This document shows, piece after piece, positions 22,586 to 28,391 of a DNA stretch of 28,391 nucleotides. The position numbers and the translations under genes are program-made. How positions within the stretch are numbered: position 1 is the first letter of the stretch; each line of letters begins with the position of its first letter. Below the pieces are notes generated by a model that saw only the letters and a program-made list of their open reading frames with translations, had not been told where the DNA came from and made no database searches. The DNA is taken from positions 1 to 28,391 of the IMG/VR virus record IMGVR_UViG_3300025018_000089, one strand, 5' to 3'. Origin of the DNA: a virus (Duplodnaviria > Caudoviricetes).

Positions 22586-24019
22586 TCATTCGTATGTCGA
22601 ATAATTGTATACACCTGCCCCGACGACACTCTCAGCCTCGTCGTCATACAGGTACGGTGCTGATGTTGTTGTCGGTGCGTCCATTGAATCAGTGACACCG
22701 ATTGCCTCAGCTGATTGCAGATAGTTGAGCAAGGTCTCAGACTCACCGTCACGCAGGTCGTCAGAATCAAGCTGCCCGAGCAAGTAGTCGATGATGCCGA
22801 GTGACCTCAGTGACGCAAAATTGACCGTATACTCGGGTTTGAGCCCCTCATGGTCACGATACTGCATTGATACCGACTGAATGAGCACACTGAGCGTTTT
22901 TGAGCGTGCTGAGCTGTTGATATTGAGCACCTGACCCGCTCTCAAGCCTGCTGTGTACGTTTTGAATGACCCGTCATTGATTGTCGCTGCATAGGCACTG
23001 AGCTCAGCTTTCGCTCGTTCGATTGCTTGCTCATTTGAGACGATTGATTTGTCTTTGACGATTGCCTCATACAGCCCGTATTGAGAGATTGAAACGGCAC
23101 TCGGTACTTTCACGAGAATCGGCACGAGTGGGGTACCTGTCATTTCGATGTTGCGAGTACCTGCTGCGGGAATGTTGCCCGCTGTGAACCTGATTGTCTT
23201 TTCAGCGTATGACCACATGCAATCGAAGTCAGCATCGTCATTCAACCCGTCGACCCCGACAGTCTGAGCAATACCGCCCACCTCGACAACAGGCTCGCTG
23301 CTGAATTTCACGATAGTATCGAACACGTCGATGACACCGTCACCGTTCGCATAGATGACCCGAGAGTCACCGATTTTTGTACCACCCTCGACAGTGATTG
23401 AGTTCCTGATTTGACTCAAGTCCTCAGTGATAGTGAGTGAGTCGTATATATAATTTTTTGAGGTGTCAGTCAGTGAGAAAGGTGCAGGCTCGGTGTTTTT
23501 ACTGAAAAAGTGAATGTCTTTGTTGTAGTCGACATACCACGAATAATTTGTGAGCTTGCTCAATTTTTTGAGACACTCTGAGAGCGGTATTCGATTGAAT
23601 GCGATTGAGACAATGTTGAGTGTTGCCCCGCCCACGTTTGTGATTGTGAATGAATCAGCAGCTGCGTATGTGGTGATGAGGTCGTCGATGATTTCATACA
23701 CGGTTTGATTCTCGTATCGCTCAGTGACCATTTTTCGGTCAAGATATTGTGAAAAGTCTTTGCAGGTGATGTCGTATCGCACAATTTTTCGCTCAGTGGT
23801 TTGAGAGATTGCAACAATCACCCCACCGAACACCTTTGTGCCACCCTCATTGAGTGTCACCTCTTGATTGATTGTCGGCACGAATGTTTTTGCTGCGTGA
23901 GTGGTCACCTCAAAAGACAACGAGTCGACTCGTTCATTGAGGTTGTCTTTTTTTCTGATTGATGTCGACACAACACTTGATGTTCGGTCGACAGCATTGA
24001 TTGTGAGAGTTGTTGACAT
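22586..24019 (-). CDS. Tail tip/baseplate hub protein
   Basis: Follows the tape measure; VFGGVI, ITCKDF...LD, WYVDYNKDIHFF, IRNSITVEG, SISQYG, GLRAGQVLNI are hub-like motifs. Confidence 0.75.
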   Translation of the reverse strand: MSTTLTINAVDRTSSVVSTSIRKKDNLNERVDSLSFEVTTHAAKTFVPTINQEVTLNEGGTKVFGGVIVAISQTTERKIVRYDITCKDFSQYLDRKMVTERYENQTVYEIIDDLITTYAAADSFTITNVGGATLNIVSIAFNRIPLSECLKKLSKLTNYSWYVDYNKDIHFFSKNTEPAPFSLTDTSKNYIYDSLTITEDLSQIRNSITVEGGTKIGDSRVIYANGDGVIDVFDTIVKFSSEPVVEVGGIAQTVGVDGLNDDADFDCMWSYAEKTIRFTAGNIPAAGTRNIEMTGTPLVPILVKVPSAVSISQYGLYEAIVKDKSIVSNEQAIERAKAELSAYAATINDGSFKTYTAGLRAGQVLNINSSARSKTLSVLIQSVSMQYRDHEGLKPEYTVNFASLRSLGIIDYLLGQLDSDDLRDGESETLLNYLQSAEAIGVTDSMDAPTTTSAPYLYDDEAESVVGAGVYNYSTYE

Positions 24020-24027
24020 TGTGCGTT

Positions 24028-25680
24028 TTATTTAGCGAATCGGGTGTTGAGTTGGTACTCACGAATGATGCGGTCACCCATTCTCTCAGCGAATTCTCGC
24101 TCACCGACCATTGTGTTGATGTTGATTGTCACCCCGCCACCGTTGCCGATTCCGAAGTTCTTGAGCTTGTCGAGTGGAATCACCGCCTCAGCACCTGCCT
24201 CACCGATGTTTGCGAGTGTGCTTTGAGTCACGATACCACCCTCAGCAAGTCGAGGAATGTCGACCTTTGCAATTTCCTGTACGTTCACACCGAATGTGCG
24301 ACCACCGATTTTTGGCACCCAGTCGGGAATCGAGACCTGAATTTTGTTCATGCCTCGAATCAAAAAGTTGAGTGCACTGATGACACCGTTCGCCATTGAT
24401 TCAAACAGCCCGATGATGCCGTTGATGTAGGTTGCGAATGCCGACGAGATTGCCTTTGCCACGATGATTGCACCCTCTTTGATGTTATTCCACACACCCG
24501 AGATGAGCTCACCCATTTTTGTGAAAATACCTGACACGAATGTGAACATTGTTGTGAATGCACTCACCACCGCTGTACCGATTGCAGTGAATAGGTTTGA
24601 GAACCATGAGAGCATCGGGGCAAGAAAGTCGAGAAAGTTTTGCCATGCCCATTTGATTGTCTCGAGATTCTCAGACCAGTTTGCAACGAACCATATCACC
24701 ACCGCCACGATTGCCACGACTGCAGCAATGATGAGACCGATAGGTGAAAGCAAGAAAGCGAACCCGAGAGCGAGCAGTTGCACACCTGTGATGATTGTCG
24801 GCAATACAAGCCCGATGATACCGAGCACAGCAACAAGACCTGCGAGAGCACCCGCAACGATGATGATTTGCCCGAGCAGTTTCGGGTTTTCTTGAGCCCA
24901 TGCAGCGAATTTTTCGATGATAGGTGTCACCGCAATGAGTAGTCGTTCAACCACAGGCAAAAGAGCGTTACCGATTTGCCCCTTGAGGTTTTCTGAGCTC
25001 GCTTTCATTCTATCCATGCGGTCAGCCACAGTGTCGACAGGGTCACCGAGTTTTGTCATCGTCACCTCGGCTTGTTCCATGACGGCAGTGTTGAAAGCCA
25101 CCTCTCGAGTCATGCCCTCAGTTGAGAGCATCAATTCCTCGATTCGTTCACGCACTTTTCCTGATGAGATACCGAATGAGTCGAGACGCAAGATTGACTG
25201 ATTCGCCATCATCAATGCGAAGTTTTCCATTGATTCAGTCGCACCGTTCCCCATAGCAGTACCGAGACGAGTTGAGATTTGAGCGAGTTTTTGCATTTCC
25301 TCTTGAGACGTTGCGAGACCCATTGCCATGAATTTATTGCCTGCGAGCATGAGGTCAGTGTCTTGCACCATGCCTCGAGTCGATGCACGCAATTTGTCGA
25401 GTGAATCAGTTGAGATTGCCCCGATTGATTTGTTCAATGCGTCAAAGGTCTGAGCAGCACGCTGACCCTCAGCAGCTGCGTCGATTGCTTGCTTTGCCCC
25501 GTATGCAATACCCGCAAAAGCTGCTGTACCAACAGCAGCCATTTTCGTGAACGTCGCAGACATTCCTTGCAGTTTTCCCTTGAGTCCCTCGAGTGAGTCA
25601 GATGCACCTCGAAAGGCTTGCTGAGTTTTATTCTCACCTGTGATGACGACTGCGATTTTTTTTGTGTTGTCTGATGCCAT
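24028..25680 (-). CDS. Tape measure protein (550 aa)
   Basis: Ala/Gly-rich helical sequence, hydrophobic segments, W/F periodicity, C-terminal IPRLAEGGIV...IGEAGAEAVIPL. Confidence 0.92.
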   Translation of the reverse strand: MASDNTKKIAVVITGENKTQQAFRGASDSLEGLKGKLQGMSATFTKMAAVGTAAFAGIAYGAKQAIDAAAEGQRAAQTFDALNKSIGAISTDSLDKLRASTRGMVQDTDLMLAGNKFMAMGLATSQEEMQKLAQISTRLGTAMGNGATESMENFALMMANQSILRLDSFGISSGKVRERIEELMLSTEGMTREVAFNTAVMEQAEVTMTKLGDPVDTVADRMDRMKASSENLKGQIGNALLPVVERLLIAVTPIIEKFAAWAQENPKLLGQIIIVAGALAGLVAVLGIIGLVLPTIITGVQLLALGFAFLLSPIGLIIAAVVAIVAVVIWFVANWSENLETIKWAWQNFLDFLAPMLSWFSNLFTAIGTAVVSAFTTMFTFVSGIFTKMGELISGVWNNIKEGAIIVAKAISSAFATYINGIIGLFESMANGVISALNFLIRGMNKIQVSIPDWVPKIGGRTFGVNVQEIAKVDIPRLAEGGIVTQSTLANIGEAGAEAVIPLDKLKNFGIGNGGGVTININTMVGEREFAERMGDRIIREYQLNTRFAK

Positions 25681-25683
25681 GAG

Positions 25684-26123
25684 TTATTTTTTGTTCATCT
25701 TTGCGTACTCTTGATTGCGTTTTTTGAGAGCGTCACCGAGTGCCTCGAGATAAGCCTGTGAGTTGCTTTTCAGCTCTGACTCAGTCCACCCCATATCGAG
25801 ACACAAGTTCGCATACGGGGCTATGCTTTTTTTGCCTCGAATTTGTTTTGCTCAATGACAGCTGTCATTTCCTCGAGTGCTGACACGTCGAGCTTTTTGA
25901 TGTTTTCGGCATTGATTGGCAGCGGTTGCTCATTCTCGTCGGTGAAGTTCCACGACTTGATGAGAATCGGCAGCATGAACAGTGCCTGAGTCATCGGTGC
26001 TGCGTTTGAGTCAAAGTTTTCAATCTCACCGACTAGCAATGAGGTGTACATTTCGACCTCAGCCCCCTCGTATGATTCGAGCTTGAGTGTCTTTGTTTTT
26101 CGTTGGTCTTTTAGAATTGGCAT
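25684..26123 (-). CDS. Tail assembly chaperone, long (G-T) form via -1 frameshift
   Basis: A AAA AAA slippery heptamer at 25827-25833; the -1 frame reads SIAPYANLCLDMGWTESEL...MNKK to a stop at 25684, 3 nt before the TMP start. Confidence 0.85.
25821..26123 (-). CDS. Tail assembly chaperone, short form
   Basis: IKSWNFTDENEQPLPINAENIKKL motif; lies between tail tube and TMP. Confidence 0.85.
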   Translation of the reverse strand: MPILKDQRKTKTLKLESYEGAEVEMYTSLLVGEIENFDSNAAPMTQALFMLPILIKSWNFTDENEQPLPINAENIKKLDVSALEEMTAVIEQNKFEAKKA

Positions 26124-26159
26124 GTTGTTTTGATGTTATGGTTTTGAATAATTTTGCGA

Positions 26160-27140
26160 CTAGTAGGCAGTTTGCCCGTTGATGAGGATTGCGTGAATCA
26201 TCTTTGCATCACTCACTGAGTACAATGCCTTGAATGATACTGATGCACTGATGAGGTCACCGTTCCCGTAGTTTCGAGTGAAGTCACTGATGTGAGCTTT
26301 GTACACGTCGAGAGTCAGTTGTGGGTAGTTTCCTGAGCCGAGGTCAGTTGTGTCGTTGAGCATATCAAGTCGCAGTGCGATTTTTGAGTTTGCGAGTTGC
26401 TGAGTTTTGAATGTCTCAGCGTCAAAGAGCATTTCGATTTCCCCCTCACATGAGAACATCTTTGTGAGAAAGTCTTGAGGTGTTGAATCCCCGAGTGCAA
26501 TGTCCTCGTCAGTTGCTTTGTCGAATGTGAGATTGAAGTTTTGCACTTTCACCTCAGTACCTGCATCGAGCCCTGATTGAGCTGTTGCGTATTTCACTGT
26601 GATGTTTTTCGGCAAAAATAGATTCTCAGTCAAGTATGACGGTGTCGGGTCAGACATTGTCTCACCTGCCTTTGCTTTGAACCCTGATGTGAATTTCACA
26701 TACTGACCGATTTCAGCACTGATGCCGAATGATGTCAGTACCCCGAGAGCGTGCTTGTAAGATTGCACATTGTCTTTTGAAAACAGTGTGAATGCTTGTT
26801 GCTGAGCTGATTGAACGAGGTTGAATGTGTGAGTGTTTGAACCCACAGCAGGCGTTGCCGTTTCAGTAGTTACACCACCGAAAAGAGCGAGCAACAGATA
26901 CCCGATTGACTTGTCTCTCACGTTCCCCTCAAGGCTCATTTCAGCTGATGTTTTCACATTGTCAGCGTTTGGTGCGTCCTCAAGTACCCCGAGAGCAGAT
27001 TCATCGTTGATTGATTCTGTTTTATCGTCGAGATTCACTGATAATCGTGGAATCCACACGTCAGCTGCTGTCTCAGCCGTTCCCCGTGTCCCCTCTTTTG
27101 CAAGCCCGAAAGCTGCTGTGCGTCCTGTTGATTTTGACAT
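26160..27140 (-). CDS. Major tail (tube) protein
   Basis: FGLAKEGTRG, GYLLLALFG, THTF, beta-rich 326 aa; canonical position. Confidence 0.85.
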   Translation of the reverse strand: MSKSTGRTAAFGLAKEGTRGTAETAADVWIPRLSVNLDDKTESINDESALGVLEDAPNADNVKTSAEMSLEGNVRDKSIGYLLLALFGGVTTETATPAVGSNTHTFNLVQSAQQQAFTLFSKDNVQSYKHALGVLTSFGISAEIGQYVKFTSGFKAKAGETMSDPTPSYLTENLFLPKNITVKYATAQSGLDAGTEVKVQNFNLTFDKATDEDIALGDSTPQDFLTKMFSCEGEIEMLFDAETFKTQQLANSKIALRLDMLNDTTDLGSGNYPQLTLDVYKAHISDFTRNYGNGDLISASVSFKALYSVSDAKMIHAILINGQTAY

Positions 27141-27151
27141 GATAATTGTTG

Positions 27152-27340
27152 TTATTTATTTTTTGATAATGCTGCGACTTTCTTTTGATAAATTTCCTCA
27201 GCCTCACGAGCTGAGCTCGCCTCAATGCTCATCGCAGGGGCATTGATTGAGGGTGTGAAGTTGTACACATTCTTTGAGCTCTTGTTTTCAACACCTTTGC
27301 TCTCAGACGTGATTTGTTTGTTTTTATATCCTGTTTTCAT
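27152..27340 (-). CDS. Small hypothetical protein (62 aa) before the tail tube
   Basis: YNF......MSIEASSAREAEE; promoter motif upstream. Confidence 0.6.
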   Translation of the reverse strand: MKTGYKNKQITSESKGVENKSSKNVYNFTPSINAPAMSIEASSAREAEEIYQKKVAALSKNK

Positions 27341-27361
27341 AATGTTTTTTTAGCTCTTTGA

Positions 27362-27802
27362 TTAGCTAGTAATAGTATAACAGACCCGTGGTTTGATTGT
27401 GACAACGAATGTCACAAGCTGTGCACCGTTGAATTCATCTTGCTCAATCGGTGAGACCGCAGGTGATACACCGCCCTCAGCAACACCACCGAGAGTGAAG
27501 TCGTCATCGAAAGCATTTGAGATTGTCTCAGCGAGGCTCTCGATTTGGTCGATGCTCGTGATGTCGTCACCTTTCATGATGACCACCATGTCAAAGGTAT
27601 ACGTTCTCTCATTCGTCGCTGTGTCGAGCTCGATGCTCTCGAATGACGGGGGTTGCAGTATCACAGCAGGGAATGAGGTCAGATTCGGGTCAGCGAGTGG
27701 GTGAACCTTGAATGAGCGGTTGAGCACAAGCGAAAGGTCACCGCTCGTGACGAGGGTGTCGAGAATTGCTTTGATTTTAGTTCTGAGGTTTGCAGCTGTC
27801 AT
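27362..27802 (-). CDS. Tail terminator/completion protein
   Basis: LRTKIKAIL, FPAVIL, AFDDDFTLGG motifs; follows the gp10-like gene. Confidence 0.7.
   Translation of the reverse strand: MTAANLRTKIKAILDTLVTSGDLSLVLNRSFKVHPLADPNLTSFPAVILQPPSFESIELDTATNERTYTFDMVVIMKGDDITSIDQIESLAETISNAFDDDFTLGGVAEGGVSPAVSPIEQDEFNGAQLVTFVVTIKPRVCYTITS
27374..27385 (-). promoter_or_regulatory. Promoter motif GTCTGTTATACT upstream of the tail tube operon
   Basis: Exact match to 10247-10258, embedded in the last codons of the upstream gene. Confidence 0.65.
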
Positions 27803-28179
27803 ATATTTTTTATAAATGCGTCCATTGCATTGTTGATTTCCTTGTTCACGTTCTTTTCACCTGAGTCAGCGATTCGTTTCATGAACGGGTTTGATTTGAT
27901 GAATCGAGTCCCCTCATGCACAAACACCGAGTAGTATGTCGTCGGTCTGATTGAGCCATACAAGTATTTGAGCTCGATACCTTTCCCGAACGATGCTCGA
28001 GTCGTGTGAGTCGGCTTTTTGAATTGTAGGTTTTCAGCCTTTTGAGATTCCTCATGCAGTCTGAAAATTGCACCATGCAATCCCTTTGTCAGATACTCAG
28101 CAGCTTTCACGGGTGCAGTCTTGAGTGCAGCTTTGACAGCCGACTCATTCCTGAGCTCGATTTTGATTGCTACGCTCAT
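27799..28179 (-). CDS. HK97 gp10-like neck/tail-completion protein (126 aa)
   Basis: YYSVFVHEGTRFIKSNPFMKR motif; ATGA overlap with the connector stop; start reassigned to 28179. Confidence 0.82.
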   Translation of the reverse strand: MSVAIKIELRNESAVKAALKTAPVKAAEYLTKGLHGAIFRLHEESQKAENLQFKKPTHTTRASFGKGIELKYLYGSIRPTTYYSVFVHEGTRFIKSNPFMKRIADSGEKNVNKEINNAMDAFIKNI

Positions 28180-28391
28180 AAGCCGAGAGCATGGTTTCGC
28201 TTGTAAGGTGCAATGAGAGCCCACTCAGCAGTCGTGATGAGTGATTCCCATGTGATGTTTGATTCAGCAAAGTTCGATGTGCTTTGACCCTCGATGCTGC
28301 GTTTGTTGTACAGCTTGACGCACAGTCTCTCAGCAAAGTCACTGAGGTCAGCAGGCAGTGTGTGCAGTGCATCATCAGTGAAGTTGTCAAA
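28176..28391 (-). CDS. Head-tail connector, 3' part (joined to 1-538)
   Basis: ...LYNKRSIEGQSTSNFAESNITWESLITTAEWALIAPYKRNHALGL*. Confidence 0.85.
   Translation of the reverse strand, partial: FDNFTDDALHTLPADLSDFAERLCVKLYNKRSIEGQSTSNFAESNITWESLITTAEWALIAPYKRNHALGL
28265..28391. repeat. Terminal direct repeat (right copy)
   Basis: Identical to 1-127. Confidence 0.97.

Noticed and set aside
20748-24019. Diversity-generating retroelement acting on tail genes
   Set aside because: No reverse transcriptase and no template/variable repeat pair seen.
278-27704. Plus-strand and alternative-frame ORFs in the six-frame track
   Set aside because: They are shadows of well-supported minus-strand genes, with no motifs and no independent starts.

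Overview
The window is an apparently complete, circularly assembled ~28.26 kb tailed-phage genome: bases 1-127 repeat exactly at 28265-28391. It has an HK97-fold capsid and a siphovirus-type tail module, and every credible gene is on the minus strand. Late/structural genes, in reading order: TerS, TerL, a portal-MuF fusion, an inserted lysis/membrane cassette, prohead protease, major capsid, SAP-domain protein, head-tail connector (spans the contig junction), HK97 gp10-like, tail terminator, tail tube, frameshifted tail chaperone, tape measure, hub and tail-fibre genes. Early genes (20.5 to 10.4 kb): Sak4-like ATPase, PD-(D/E)xK nuclease, SSB, NinB-like, RusA-like, a replication initiator with an inserted HNH domain, and many small Zn-finger proteins. 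I recognise no integrase, repressor, helicase or polymerase. Almost no gene has a Shine-Dalgarno site; instead there are extended -10 promoters, several leaderless starts and a recurrent A/C-rich leader motif (ATTATCA...CAACACACC). Most notable: (1) a ~92-nt structured RNA (20624-20715) whose core is the reverse complement of that leader motif, a candidate multi-target antisense translational regulator; (2) a stand-alone 23-aa peptide unit beginning with a sliding-clamp-binding motif (MQLELF); (3) a membrane-anchored coiled coil apparently joined to an Rpf/SLT-like domain only by a -1 frameshift. All functional calls come from by-eye motif recognition; no searches were run.
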